A stretch of DNA of 64,000 bases from an uncultured Actinomycetota bacterium (GTDB lineage: Bacteria; Actinomycetota; Actinomycetes; JAHEKZ01): contig CAWHIJ010000003.1 in the NCBI GenBank assembly GCA_963829525.1, positions 1,856,001 to 1,920,000 on the forward strand, written 5' to 3'. A program made the translations under genes and the position numbers. How positions within the stretch are numbered: the first letter of the stretch is position 1; the number at the start of each line of letters is the position of its first letter. Below, piece after piece: positions 12,913 to 26,018 of this stretch. The notes beneath the pieces were generated by a model that saw only the letters and a list, made by a program, of their open reading frames with translations, had not been told where the DNA came from and made no database searches.

Positions 12913-13383
12913 CTAGGCGCGCACCACCGAGTTGCCGTCGACGGTCACGTCAATCGGAGGGAGAGGAGACGAGGCCGGCCCGGCAACTACCGAACCGTCC
13001 TCGACGGAGAACCTTGAGCCGTGACAGTTGCAGTTGATCGTGCCGTCTGCGACATCGGCGACCGGGCAGCCCTGGTGGGTGCAGATCGATGAGAAGGCAA
13101 CGAACTCTCCAGCCGTCGGTTGTGTGACCACCACCTGCGACTGGTCCAGGATGACTCCTCCACCCTCGGGTACGTCACTGGTTGCCACAAGCACCTCGGG
13201 CTGTCCGCCCCCACTCCCACCTGAGTCCGTCGTGGGGGCTGCAGGCGTTGGCGTGGGATCTGCCGCCGTAGTCGCGTCTGAGCCGCAAGCAGCGAGAGCG
13301 GGCCCGACAGAAACCACCGCTCCGACGATCGCGGCACCCCGCAGGACCGTCCGGCGATCGAAGGAGGGACTCGTCTCGTCCAT
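12913..13383 (-). CDS. Rieske 2Fe-2S protein, predicted Tat-exported lipoprotein
   Basis: CTHQGC and CNCHGSRF Rieske boxes; DRRTVLRG twin-arginine motif; LAAC lipobox. Confidence 0.88.
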   Translation of the reverse strand: MDETSPSFDRRTVLRGAAIVGAVVSVGPALAACGSDATTAADPTPTPAAPTTDSGGSGGGQPEVLVATSDVPEGGGVILDQSQVVVTQPTAGEFVAFSSICTHQGCPVADVADGTINCNCHGSRFSVEDGSVVAGPASSPLPPIDVTVDGNSVVRA

Positions 13384-13566
13384 TGCATGCTCCCGCTTCT
13401 TCAGGCCGTTGACCCACGCGGTTGTGCGCGTGGAGATTGCTCATGGTCACCCTACGTCCTTCGGGCGAAAAGCCCTGGCCCAAACTCTCTGAGACCGAAG
13501 ACCCTGGGCTTCTGCCTGGCAAAAGGACACCATGGTTGTAGGAATAGCAATCGCGGAGGTGACGCC

Positions 13567-13929
13567 ATGACCACCACCCAACAGACCCAGGATCATCAGA
13601 CTTCAGGCCCATGGGTTGTCCGCTCGTGGATCTCGGTGGCCCTGATCCCGGCCTTCTTCTTGGTCGCCGTCATGGCGGGCTACCTGATCTATGGGCTCTT
13701 CGGCTACACGGCCGAGCAGGCGGATGCCCCCGCCTGGGTCGAGTTGATCGTCGGAATCGTCGCGCTGGCGCTGTTCATCATCCCGTGCGTCGGAGCCGTC
13801 TTCTATGGCTGGCTCGCCAACAAGGCACACGACCGGAGGGGCCTGGTCCCCCTGGTGATCGGCGGAATCATAGGCCTCTGGATGACCGTGCTCAGCGTTG
13901 TCACGGTGATCTCGGCAATGCTCGACTGA
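13567..13929 (+). CDS. Hypothetical membrane protein (about 3 TM, 120 aa)
   Basis: GGAGG RBS before ATG 13567; three hydrophobic stretches; high-GC codon usage. Confidence 0.7.
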   Translation: MTTTQQTQDHQTSGPWVVRSWISVALIPAFFLVAVMAGYLIYGLFGYTAEQADAPAWVELIVGIVALALFIIPCVGAVFYGWLANKAHDRRGLVPLVIGGIIGLWMTVLSVVTVISAMLD

Positions 13930-13959
13930 CCTCATCAGGCCTCACCGACACCGCTGGGC

Positions 13960-16839
<2,880 letters not shown>

Positions 16840-16915
16840 GCGCCATCCTCGGTGTTCGATCAAATAGGGCTCGGGTCGTGCAGGCTCGGTCCTGATGCCA
16901 TCACGGGGTGCCGCC

Positions 16916-16937
16916 AGCCTAACCAGACCCACTGACA
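16916..16937 (-). promoter_or_regulatory. PafBC-type (RecA-NDp) DNA-damage promoter of uvrA
   Basis: Minus strand reads TGTCAG-TGGGTCTGGT-TAGGCT, matching TGTCRG-N10-TAnnnT. Confidence 0.8.
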
Positions 16938-16979
16938 GGTTCTTCCCGAAGCCGGGGCGCGGGCCGGTAGCGTCAGGGC

Positions 16980-17693
16980 ATGAGCCTCGCCGTCCCCCTC
17001 ACGCAGCTGACCGAGCTCGCCACCGTCGAGGCTTGCCTGACCGCCGACCTCGCCGGACGCGACACCGACTGGGCGTCCCGGCCGTCCGGCCTGCCCGGCT
17101 GGACTCGAGCCCATCTGGTGGCCCACCTGGCAGGGAACGCCTACGGCTTGATCAACCTCTGCGACTGGGCGGCTACCGGCGTCGAGACCCCGATGTACCC
17201 GTCACCAGAGGAACGAGCCAACGAAATTGAGCGGCGCGCCACCCTGCCGTGGCCCGACCTGGTCCAGGACGTCCACACCGGGGCCGAGGCGCTCACCGCT
17301 CGCCTGGCCACCTTGAGCGAGCCGATCAACGCCCGCACGGTCCGTCTCGGGTCAGGGGCAGCGGTCAGTTCTGCTGACCTGGCAGCCATTCGTATTCGCG
17401 AGGTCGAGATCCACCGTGTCGACCTCGCCGCCGAGTACCAGCCCGTCGACTGGGCAGAGCCGTTCACAATCCGAACCTTCGGTCAGCTCGCGCCCTTCTT
17501 CCTCAGCAAGCGTGAGGTACCCGCCCAGATGCTCCGGTCGGTCGACTCCGGTCGCTGCTGGGAGGTCGGCGCCTCCGGTCCGGACCTGCTCGGCACCGAG
17601 GCTGATCTGCTCGCATGGCTACTCGGACGACCACACGGGCCGCTCCGCACCTCTGACGACTCCCCATTCCCCGTCGCCCCCGCGTGGGTGTGA
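16980..17693 (+). CDS. Mycothiol-dependent maleylpyruvate isomerase family protein (DinB superfamily)
   Basis: [40 protein letters not shown]; conserved position beside uvrA. Confidence 0.85.
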   Translation: MSLAVPLTQLTELATVEACLTADLAGRDTDWASRPSGLPGWTRAHLVAHLAGNAYGLINLCDWAATGVETPMYPSPEERANEIERRATLPWPDLVQDVHTGAEALTARLATLSEPINARTVRLGSGAAVSSADLAAIRIREVEIHRVDLAAEYQPVDWAEPFTIRTFGQLAPFFLSKREVPAQMLRSVDSGRCWEVGASGPDLLGTEADLLAWLLGRPHGPLRTSDDSPFPVAPAWV

Positions 17694-17716
17694 CCCCGAC
17701 CCACCTGGAGGAAGCG

Positions 17717-18367
17717 ATGTCGTACACCGGAGATGTGGTCGTCGGCGGCCCGGCACAGGTGCGCGAGCTGCCAGCCCTCATCATCAGCAAGGTGGCCGTT
17801 GGCCCATACAACAACAACTGCTACGTACTGCGTTGTCGGCGTTCTGGGGCACAGATGCTGATTGACGCTGCTGACGAGCCTGAGGTCCTGACCGCCTTGG
17901 TGGGCGACGACGGCCTCGAGAGCATCGTGACCACTCACCGACACGCCGACCACTGGCAGGCGCTCACCGCCGTGGTGGACGCCACTCGAGCCACGACTAT
18001 CGCGCATCCACTGGACGCACCGGAGTTGCCTGTTGACACAGATGTCCTCGTCAAAGATGGCGGCACCGTTCGGGTCGGCGACGTCACACTTGGAGTGATC
18101 CACCTCCGCGGGCACACTCCGGGCAGCATCGCGCTGCTCTACGACGACCCAGAAGGGCCGCCGCACCTCTTCACCGGCGACAGTCTCTTCCCTGGGGGCG
18201 TTGGGAAGACGACATCGGAGACGTTCCCCCAGCTCATCGACGACGTCGAGAAGCGGATATTCGACCGGCTCCCTGACGAAACTTGGTTCTACCCAGGACA
18301 CGGCAACGACTCCACCCTCGGAGCCGAACGACCCCAGCTCGCAGAGTGGAAGCAACGCGGGTGGTAG
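17717..18367 (+). CDS. MBL-fold metallo-hydrolase
   Basis: THRHADH, GHTPGS, FTGDSLFPGG, YPGHG. Confidence 0.9.
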   Translation: MSYTGDVVVGGPAQVRELPALIISKVAVGPYNNNCYVLRCRRSGAQMLIDAADEPEVLTALVGDDGLESIVTTHRHADHWQALTAVVDATRATTIAHPLDAPELPVDTDVLVKDGGTVRVGDVTLGVIHLRGHTPGSIALLYDDPEGPPHLFTGDSLFPGGVGKTTSETFPQLIDDVEKRIFDRLPDETWFYPGHGNDSTLGAERPQLAEWKQRGW

Positions 18368-18491
18368 ACGGGCACTCGGTGTGCGTCAACCTGCCGCCGA
18401 GGGTTTGGGGGCGGCGTGGACCTGGTCGAAGGGTGTGCGGGCCTTCCGGAGGACGCGGGTGGCTTCGGTGGATTCTCCCCCGAGGTATGGG

Positions 18492-18686
18492 TCAGCCGAC
18501 GCGCTCCCAAACCACGATCGTGTTGCGGTCCTGGCTGTACACATGCGCCATTCGGTAGCCGTTGGCGGCCCGTTCATTGGCGGCCTTGGTGAAGTGCCGC
18601 ATGTTGACCGAGCCCTCATTGACCTCGATCTCGTAGGCCGGACCTCCGGCTTTGCCCCCGCTGAAACCACCGATTCCCAGAACCAC
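18492..18686 (-). CDS. Small hypothetical protein (64 aa), DUF4177-like architecture
   Basis: Strong AAGGAGG RBS before GTG 18686. Pattern YEIEV..ANERAANGYRMAHV..IVVWER resembles the DUF4177 LN..G..GW.LV..FER pattern. Confidence 0.6.
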   Translation of the reverse strand: MVLGIGGFSGGKAGGPAYEIEVNEGSVNMRHFTKAANERAANGYRMAHVYSQDRNTIVVWERVG

Positions 18687-18836
18687 AGTGCCTCCTTCGT
18701 GAAGGGCCGACAACGTTGCCGACCTCGCTCACCATCACCTAACTGACCGTTTCAAACATACAGCCGTCCGGCACTGTCCGAGGACGTCATGCAGACCCCA
18801 GATCGCAACCATCGCTTCCTCGCCACGACGACTCGC

Positions 18837-19841
18837 CTAGCGAGTCGGGTCGCTCTCAGAAGAAGGTGACTTGTGACCGTGGAGAGCTCCGCTGTGCGCG
18901 TGCGCCGAGGGGTCACGACTTGACTTGATGAGGCTGGCCACTGTCGTGATGGTGAGCGTGACGAGGATGAAGGCCAGCGATGCGACAGTTGGGATTTTCG
19001 GAACCTCAGGGATCACCTCGTGGAAGAAGGTGAGGATCAGCTTGATCCCGATGAACCCAAGAATGATCGACAGCCCAACGGCAAGGTAGATCAACTTGTC
19101 GAGCAGGTTGTGAAGGACGAAGAACAACGCCCTTAACCCAAGCAGGGCAAAGGCGTTTGCTGCGAAGACCAGGAATGGCACCTGGGTAACTCCGAAGGTC
19201 GCCGGAATCGAGTCGAGGGCGAAGAGCAGATCAGTGGACCCGATCGCTACCAGAACGAGTGCCATGGGTGTCCAGTACCGGATTCCGTCTTTCGTGACCC
19301 GAAGTTTGTTGCCGTGGTACTCGTCGGTGATGCTCAACCGCTTTCGCGCGTAGCGCAGTGCGGCGTTGTCGTCGAGCTCGGCATCCTCGTTGCGATGGCG
19401 GTAGAGCTGCACTGCTGTCCAGATCAGGAAGAGCCCAAAGATCACGAACGTGAACGCGAAGTACTTCAGAGCAGCTGCACCGACGGCGATGAAGATCGTC
19501 CGGAGGACGAGAGCCAGCGCGACGCCGATCAGAAGTGCCCGCTGCTGCAGGACGCTGGGAACCGCGAACTTGGCGAAGATGATCACGAAGATGAAGAGGT
19601 TGTCGACCGACAGGCTCTTCTCGACCAGCCAGGCCGCGTAGTACTGGGTGCCATAGGCCGCACCGGCCTGGGTCCACACGACCACACCGAAGGCAATCGC
19701 GACGCCCACGTAGAACAGTGACCAGAGCGTTGCCTCTCGCATTGAGACATCGTGGGGATTGCGTCCCACGACGAAGTCGACGACGAGCAGCAACAGAACG
19801 AGCGAGACCGTAACGGCCCACGCCCAGAGGGGTACGTCCAT
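18837..19841 (-). CDS. TerC/Alx family metal-homeostasis membrane protein (copy 2)
   Basis: EKSLSVDNLF, TDLLFALDSIPA, NAFALLGLRALFF, LGFIGIKL. Confidence 0.92.
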   Translation of the reverse strand: MDVPLWAWAVTVSLVLLLLVVDFVVGRNPHDVSMREATLWSLFYVGVAIAFGVVVWTQAGAAYGTQYYAAWLVEKSLSVDNLFIFVIIFAKFAVPSVLQQRALLIGVALALVLRTIFIAVGAAALKYFAFTFVIFGLFLIWTAVQLYRHRNEDAELDDNAALRYARKRLSITDEYHGNKLRVTKDGIRYWTPMALVLVAIGSTDLLFALDSIPATFGVTQVPFLVFAANAFALLGLRALFFVLHNLLDKLIYLAVGLSIILGFIGIKLILTFFHEVIPEVPKIPTVASLAFILVTLTITTVASLIKSSRDPSAHAHSGALHGHKSPSSESDPTR

Positions 19842-19883
19842 GCCTCACACCCTAGCAGGGACATACGAACTATGCTTCGTGGG

Positions 19884-20864
19884 TTAAGAGTTGCCGTCCC
19901 TGCGGCGAGTGTGCCTCAGGCTGGCGACAGCGGTGACCACCAAGACCGTCACGATGACAGCCAGGCTGACCGTCACCGGGATCTCCGGCGCCCATTCAAC
20001 TGGCTCGCCACCGTTGATGAAGGGGAGAGAGTTGGTGTGCAGCGCCTCGAGGATCAGCTTGATCCCGATGAACCCGAGCACGACAGCCAGCCCGATGCTG
20101 AGGAATACCAGCCGGTCGAGCAGGCCGCCCAGAAGGAAATAGAGCTGGCGGAGCCCCATCAACGCGAAAGCGTTGGCGGTGAAGACCAGGTATGGCTCCT
20201 GGGTGAGTCCGAAGATGGCTGGTATCGAGTCGAGGGCGAACAGCAGATCGGTGGTGCCGATTGCCACCATGACGATCAGCATGGGGGTGAAGAGCTTGCG
20301 TCCGTCGACCATCGTTCGAAAGCGATTGCCTTCGTAGATCTCGGTGGTGGGCAACGAGCCCTTGACCCACCCAATCACCCGGTTCTCTCGAAACTCTTCG
20401 CTCTCCTCCTCGTCGTGCGTTGCAAGGTGATATGCGGTGTAGATCAAGAATGCCCCGAAGAGGTAGAACACCCACGAAAAGCGCGTGATCGCCGCAGTGC
20501 CCAGTGCGATGAATCCCGCTCGCATGATCAGGGCAAGCGCGATCCCCACGAGCAGCACGAACTGCTGGCTCTGTCTGGGCACGCGAAATCGCGACATGAT
20601 GATGACGAAGACGAAGAGATTGTCGACTGAGAGCGAGTACTCCGTCAGCCAGCCGGCGTAGAACTGCCCCGCATACTTGCCCCCGAACTCAGCCGCGATG
20701 AAGAAACCGAACGCGATTGCGGCCGCAACATAGAAGGCGGTCCAGAGTGACGCTTCGCGCATCGTGACGGCGTGGGGTTTGCGCACTGCCAGGAAGAAGT
20801 CGAGCGTGAAGACAACGACTAGTCCCACGAGCGTTACCGCCCACAGAGTGCCGTCGATCTGCAC
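19884..20864 (-). CDS. TerC/Alx family metal-homeostasis membrane protein (copy 1)
   Basis: EYSLSVDNLFVF, TDLLFALDSIPAI, NAFALMGLRQLYF; GAAGGAG RBS. Confidence 0.92.
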   Translation of the reverse strand: MQIDGTLWAVTLVGLVVVFTLDFFLAVRKPHAVTMREASLWTAFYVAAAIAFGFFIAAEFGGKYAGQFYAGWLTEYSLSVDNLFVFVIIMSRFRVPRQSQQFVLLVGIALALIMRAGFIALGTAAITRFSWVFYLFGAFLIYTAYHLATHDEEESEEFRENRVIGWVKGSLPTTEIYEGNRFRTMVDGRKLFTPMLIVMVAIGTTDLLFALDSIPAIFGLTQEPYLVFTANAFALMGLRQLYFLLGGLLDRLVFLSIGLAVVLGFIGIKLILEALHTNSLPFINGGEPVEWAPEIPVTVSLAVIVTVLVVTAVASLRHTRRRDGNS

Positions 20865-20959
20865 TGCACTCCTTCAATGCCAGGGGTTCAACACCAGGGC
20901 GGGATTTCGAGGACGGATCCGGGGGCGCCAGCCAAATGCGGACGACACGCCATTCTGGC

Positions 20960-23074
20960 CTACCCCGGCACTCCGGCCTCACGCATCCCTCTGAGCTCCT
21001 TCTTGAGCTCGGAGATCTCGTCTCGGAGCCGGGCGGCAACCTCGAACTGCAGGTCAGCCGCTGCCGCCTGCATCTGGTCGGTGAGCTGGCCAATCAAGTC
21101 GGCGAGATCAGCACTGGGCAGGTTAGCCAGGTCCGCGGCATGACGCCCAATCTCGGACATCTTCGAACTGAGCCCTGGGACCGGCGCCTTCCCCCGGCTC
21201 TGCGCGCGACCAGATCCGCCGAGCAGTTCGGCGGTATCGGCGACTTCCCGCGCCAGCATCTCGGTGATGTCGCCGATCCGCTTTCGTAGCGGCTCGGGGT
21301 CGAGGCCATGCTCGGTGTTGTAGGCGATCTGTTTGGCACGGCGCCGATTGGTCTCGTCGATCGCATGCTGCATTGAAGGAGTGATCTTGTCTGCATACAT
21401 GTGCACCTGACCAGAGACGTTGCGGGCGGCTCGACCAATCGTCTGGATCAGTGACGTACCCGAACGAAGGAACCCCTCTTTGTCCGCGTCCAAGATGGCG
21501 ACGAGTGACACCTCCGGAAGGTCGAGCCCCTCACGCAGCAGGTTGATGCCCACGAGAACGTCGTACTCCCCCATTCGGAGCTCGCGCAGCAGCTCGACGC
21601 GGCGCAGCGTGTCAACCTCAGAGTGCAGGTAGCGAACCCGGACGCCGAGCTCGAGCAGGTAGTCGGTGAGATCCTCCGACATCTTCTTGGTGAGCGTGGT
21701 GACCAGGACCCGCTCATGGCGCTCTTCCCTAAGCCGAATCTCGTGGATGAGGTCGTCGATCTGGCCAGATGTCGGCTTGATGACGACCTCGGGGTCGATC
21801 AGACCGGTCGGTCGGATGATCTGCTCGACGACACCCTCACCGCGGCCAAGTTCGTAGGTGCCTGGCGTTGCTGAAAGGTAGACAGTCTGGCCGACCCGCT
21901 CGACGAACTCACCGAAGGTGAGTGGGCGGTTGTCCATCGCACTTGGGAGCCGGAAGCCGTGGTCGACGAGGGTGCGCTTACGGGACATGTCGCCCTCGTA
22001 CATGGCCCCGATCTGGGGCACAGTCACATGGGACTCGTCGATCACCAGCAGGAAGTCCTCTGGGAAGTAGTCGAGCAAGCAGTTCGGTGGAGTACCAGCC
22101 GCCCGGCCATCTAGGTGGCGTGAGTAGTTCTCGATGCCCGAGCACGATCCGACCTGCCGCATCATCTCGATGTCATACGTCGTCCGCATCCGCAGCCGTT
22201 GAGCTTCGAGGAGCTTGTTCTGCTGCTCGAGCTCGGCGAGCCGGTTTGCCAGATCGACCTCGATCTCGCCGATCGCCCGCTCCATGCTCTCCGGTCCAGC
22301 CGCGTAGTGTGAGGCAGGGAAGACGTACATCTCTTCGTCTTCGGTGATGACCTCACCGGTCAGCGGGTGCAGCGTCGACAGCGCCTCGATCTCGTCCCCG
22401 AAGAACTCGATCCGCACGGCGTGCAGCTCGTAGACCGGGATCACCTCAACGGTATCCCCCCTGACCCGGAAGGTTCCGCGAGTGAAAGCGATGTCGTTTC
22501 GGGTGTACTGGACGTCGACGAGGTGGCGCAGCAGGCTCTGCCGGTCAATCGAGTCGCCGACCCGAAGCTTGACCATGCGATCGACATATTCCTGCGGAGT
22601 TCCAAGGCCGTAGATGGCCGAAACGGTGGCGACCACGATTGTGTCGCGCCTGGTGAGAAGGCTGTTCGTCGCGGAGTAGCGGAGCCGCTCGACCTCGTCA
22701 TTGATGGCGGTGTCTTTTTCAATGTAGGTATCGGTCTGCGGGATGTAGGCCTCGGGCTGGTAGTAGTCGTAGTACGAGACGAAGTACTCGACGGCATTGT
22801 TCGGTAACAGCTCGCGGAACTCGTTGGCGAGCTGAGCAGCCAGTGTCTTGTTCGGTGCCATGACCAGCGTCGGGCGCTGCAGCCGCTCGATCAGCCACGC
22901 CGTGGTTGCCGACTTGCCGGTTCCGGTGGCTCCCAGCAGCACGACGTCTGGCTCACCGCCACGGATTCGACCCTCGAGCTCGTCGATCGCCTGCGGTTGA
23001 TCGCCACTGGGCACGAATTCAGAAATGACCTCGAAGGGGGCAACGGTTCTGGTGATGTCAGTAGTGGGGCGCAC
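20960..23074 (-). CDS. uvrB: Excinuclease ABC subunit B
   Basis: [48 protein letters not shown]. Confidence 0.98.
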   Translation of the reverse strand: MRPTTDITRTVAPFEVISEFVPSGDQPQAIDELEGRIRGGEPDVVLLGATGTGKSATTAWLIERLQRPTLVMAPNKTLAAQLANEFRELLPNNAVEYFVSYYDYYQPEAYIPQTDTYIEKDTAINDEVERLRYSATNSLLTRRDTIVVATVSAIYGLGTPQEYVDRMVKLRVGDSIDRQSLLRHLVDVQYTRNDIAFTRGTFRVRGDTVEVIPVYELHAVRIEFFGDEIEALSTLHPLTGEVITEDEEMYVFPASHYAAGPESMERAIGEIEVDLANRLAELEQQNKLLEAQRLRMRTTYDIEMMRQVGSCSGIENYSRHLDGRAAGTPPNCLLDYFPEDFLLVIDESHVTVPQIGAMYEGDMSRKRTLVDHGFRLPSAMDNRPLTFGEFVERVGQTVYLSATPGTYELGRGEGVVEQIIRPTGLIDPEVVIKPTSGQIDDLIHEIRLREERHERVLVTTLTKKMSEDLTDYLLELGVRVRYLHSEVDTLRRVELLRELRMGEYDVLVGINLLREGLDLPEVSLVAILDADKEGFLRSGTSLIQTIGRAARNVSGQVHMYADKITPSMQHAIDETNRRRAKQIAYNTEHGLDPEPLRKRIGDITEMLAREVADTAELLGGSGRAQSRGKAPVPGLSSKMSEIGRHAADLANLPSADLADLIGQLTDQMQAAAADLQFEVAARLRDEISELKKELRGMREAGVPG

Positions 23075-23080
23075 ACGTCC

Positions 23081-23102
23081 ACGCTAGCCCCCGACACCGA
23101 CA
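23081..23102 (-). promoter_or_regulatory. PafBC-type (RecA-NDp) promoter of leaderless uvrB, embedded in the coaE 3' end
   Basis: Minus strand reads TGTCGG-TGTCGGGGGC-TAGCGT, followed 6 nt later by the GTG start. Confidence 0.82.
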
Positions 23103-23695
23103 GGTGGCTCCTCCCCGATGAGCTCGCGCCACAACCTGGCCACCTTGACTTGCAGATCTTCTAGGCTGCCGCCGTTGTCTACCACTCGATCGGCCATCGC
23201 GAGCCACTCGTCACGGCTTGGCTGGCTCGTCATCCTTGCCTCGATCTGAGCCTCGACCAGTCCACGCATCCGGAGCCGCTCGCGACGTATCTCATCGGGC
23301 GCATCGACGACCACGACGACTGGCTCGTGAAGGAATGGGCTGCGGCCGGGCAGCGGCACCTCGTAGACGAGGAGGGGAGCCCCCGTGTTGAGCGCGAGCC
23401 GCTCAGCGGCAGCCCTGTGGACCAGAGGGTGGATGATCCGCTCAAGCCGGGAAAGCTGGTCAGCATCGGCGAAGACCCTGTCAGCCAGCGCTGCTCGGTT
23501 CAGCGAACCGTCCGCAGAAAGGACACCAGCGCCGAACTCCTCAAGGACCCGCGCCCGGCCCGCGGTGCCCGGCGACACCACTTCACGTGCGAGCGCGTCG
23601 GCGTCAACGACGTGTGCGCCCCACTGCCTCAGGATTCGCCCGACCGACGACTTGCCAGAGCCAATCCCACCGGTGAGCACAACCTCCTGTGGCAT
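23084..23695 (-). CDS. coaE: Dephospho-CoA kinase
   Basis: LTGGIGSGKS, DADALAREVV, LERIIHP, ADRVVDN. Confidence 0.93.
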   Translation of the reverse strand: MPQEVVLTGGIGSGKSSVGRILRQWGAHVVDADALAREVVSPGTAGRARVLEEFGAGVLSADGSLNRAALADRVFADADQLSRLERIIHPLVHRAAAERLALNTGAPLLVYEVPLPGRSPFLHEPVVVVVDAPDEIRRERLRMRGLVEAQIEARMTSQPSRDEWLAMADRVVDNGGSLEDLQVKVARLWRELIGEEPPVGVGG

Positions 23696-23836
23696 TCCCT
23701 TGTCCTGCACCACGCCTGCCCGGCCTCCTCACATTGCCGCTCCAGCCAGATCGGGTCGACCGGCCAACGCCAGCCTAGGTCGCGATGGTCGTGCCAAGGG
23801 TCACGACAACCGCGGGCACCGCTACCGTGATCTACC

Positions 23837-24148
23837 GTGACCCAGGTCGACTCAGAGCGCACCTACGACGACCTCCCGGAGTCGGACGTCTCAACGGTGC
23901 TTCAGGTGCCTTTGCTCTGGGGCCAAAGCGGCACCATTACTGCAATTACTGCTCCCACTCCACAACGGGGCGCCCATCGGCGTTCCTCGGGCCGACATCG
24001 CCGGGCGGGGCCTTCAAATCACAGCGGCTCAGCAGACTGGCTCGATCATCCGATGACCCACACGGCGCGCGTAGGCCTCGCTTCGGCGGGGCTGGTCCTC
24101 ATCCTGTTCGCCGGCGCGCTGCTGGCCTTGGCGCTCTGGTTCCCCTGA
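23837..24148 (+). CDS. Hypothetical tail-anchored membrane protein (103 aa; alternative start at 24053 gives 31 aa)
   Basis: Disordered N-terminus with a GAHRR..GRHRR motif, then one C-terminal TM helix (VGLASAGLVLILFAGALLALALWFP). Confidence 0.5.
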   Translation: MTQVDSERTYDDLPESDVSTVLQVPLLWGQSGTITAITAPTPQRGAHRRSSGRHRRAGPSNHSGSADWLDHPMTHTARVGLASAGLVLILFAGALLALALWFP

Positions 24149-24179
24149 GGACCAGCCCTGCGACTGAAACGACTGATGA

Positions 24180-25763
24180 TCAGTAAGCGCCGCGGCGGCG
24201 AAGCACCGCGAGAATAGTCTTCAACATGATCGCAAGATCTAGGGCAAGTGACCAGTTCTCGACGTAGAGCAGGTCGAGTCGGACCGACTCGTCCCAAGAG
24301 AGGTCAGATCGCCCGGAGACCTGCCAGAGCCCGGTGATTCCCGGCTTGACGACCAGGCGCCTCCGCACCAATGAGGCATAGCGGTCCACCTCGGTCGGCA
24401 ATGGTGGTCGGGGGCCGACAAGCGACATGCGACCGAGCAAGACGTCGATGAACTGTGGGAGTTCATCGAGGCTGAAGCGACGGAGGTGGCGCCCGACGGG
24501 CGTGATTCGGGGATCAGCACGCATTTTGAACAGAGTGCCATCGCTGTCATTGAGATGTTCGATATCGGCGCGTTGCTCTTCAGCGTCGAGTCGCATGGTG
24601 CGGAACTTGTGAATGACAAATGGCTTGCCGTGTCGACCGACTCGAATCTGCCGGAACAGCACCGGTCCGCGGGACGTGAGGCCAATGGCGAGCGAGATGG
24701 CAATCAGCAAAGGAGCCAAGACAACGATGGCCATCAGAGCGAGCATCCGATCCATGCCACCCTTGACGATCCTTCGCACGCCGGTGAACTCAGGCTCCTC
24801 CACGTTCAGCAGGGGTAAGCCTGCGACGGGCCGGATGTGAATGCGCGGACCGGAGATGTCGGTGAGTCTTGGGGCCACCAGAAGCGTGACCCCGGATCCC
24901 TCCAGATCCCAGGACAGCCGCCGTAGGTCGTTCTGTGAAACGTCGGACCAAGCAGTCACTGCCACGGTGTCAGCGCCAACCTCTGCGAGCACCTCAAGCA
25001 CATGGTCGCTGTCCCCCATGACGGGGACATCTTCGACCGTGTCACTTCGGGGTCGGTCGATGCATACAGCTGCGATCTCAAGGCCAGCATGGGGCTCGCG
25101 CCGCATCGTCTGAATCAGCTCTGCAACTGATCGCTCCAACCCCACGACCACGACGCGCTGCATGCAGCGCCCATTGCGACGCAGGGAGTGGAGAATCTGG
25201 CGGGCTCCCCAGTGGACGATCAACGAGAGCACCATCGCAGTCGGAAGTCCGACGACCACTACGCCTCTGGTCAGTTCCACATTGAACGCGTACGCCAAGG
25301 TCCCGACAACTGCAAGGAAGACCACGCTGGTGTGGAAGAGGCGCTTGTACTCGTCGCTGCCGTTGCCGATGAACCGATGTTCGTAGGTGCGTCCCATCGC
25401 GAGGGCGGCGACCCATGCCGGTGGGAAGAGCACAACGACCCAGGTGCTGATCGGTGAGGGGAACGCCGTCACAGCGACCAATGCTGCGAGCAGGGCCGCC
25501 CAGGCATCTGCAAAGGCCACGATCAAGGGATAGCGCTTCAACCACTGTGGCTCTCCGCGGGTCACGGGGCCGTGCTGAGCGTAGTCACGCGGATCGGAAG
25601 CGGCTTCGGTTGTCGCACCATCTTGTCTGGCGCGCTCAGCAGAAGCGGGCAGGTGCGTCACAACCACGAGATCGTCTCTGGTCGACGGCATGGTTGTGCG
25701 TGAGTCCGCGCCGGTCGCAGGCTCGTCCGGCGTACCGGTTGCTCGATCTTCGATGTGTCGCAT
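24180..25763 (-). CDS. Polyprenyl-phosphate glycosylphosphotransferase (WcaJ/CpsE-type priming sugar transferase)
   Basis: N-terminal TM helices; KFRTM, DPRITPVG, LDELPQ, MSLVGPRP, KPGITGLWQVSGRS, DLLYVENWS. Confidence 0.93.
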   Translation of the reverse strand: MRHIEDRATGTPDEPATGADSRTTMPSTRDDLVVVTHLPASAERARQDGATTEAASDPRDYAQHGPVTRGEPQWLKRYPLIVAFADAWAALLAALVAVTAFPSPISTWVVVLFPPAWVAALAMGRTYEHRFIGNGSDEYKRLFHTSVVFLAVVGTLAYAFNVELTRGVVVVGLPTAMVLSLIVHWGARQILHSLRRNGRCMQRVVVVGLERSVAELIQTMRREPHAGLEIAAVCIDRPRSDTVEDVPVMGDSDHVLEVLAEVGADTVAVTAWSDVSQNDLRRLSWDLEGSGVTLLVAPRLTDISGPRIHIRPVAGLPLLNVEEPEFTGVRRIVKGGMDRMLALMAIVVLAPLLIAISLAIGLTSRGPVLFRQIRVGRHGKPFVIHKFRTMRLDAEEQRADIEHLNDSDGTLFKMRADPRITPVGRHLRRFSLDELPQFIDVLLGRMSLVGPRPPLPTEVDRYASLVRRRLVVKPGITGLWQVSGRSDLSWDESVRLDLLYVENWSLALDLAIMLKTILAVLRRRGAY

Positions 25764-26018
25764 GACCCCCCTCAGGTCGCAGTCAAGAGTCTGCCTTGCC
25801 CGGGGCAGGTTCGTGGGAAGTTCCACTAAGTTTCCTCAGTGATACCCACGCACGGCCCGCATCAATCACCACCTGTCTTGTCAGTTGCACTTTCCGTTAC
25901 TGCGGTGGACATTTCGCCCATCAAGGACGGAATCCCCCAAACGGAGCGGCTCGCAGCGTTCTACTAGCGTTGTCGACAATGAGCGTTGCTACCAGCTCTC
26001 CCGATCCGAGAGGACGAC

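Noticed and set aside
12908-12934. PafBC-like motif upstream of uvrC (ACTCGG-N11-TAGCGC)
   Set aside because: Mismatches in both elements and the wrong spacing; too weak to call.
16850-16866. Possible LexA box upstream of uvrA (TCGAAC half-site)
   Set aside because: The second half-site (GTTCGA after N4) is absent.
18368-18491. Possible ncRNA, or ORF 18386-18670, in the gap after the MBL hydrolase
   Set aside because: No stable structure or motif recognised, and the ORF overlaps the better-supported 64-aa gene.
20865-20960. yybP-ykoY manganese riboswitch upstream of terC
   Set aside because: Expected from context, but the conserved GGGGAGUA-type core is not recognisable; it needs an Infernal search.
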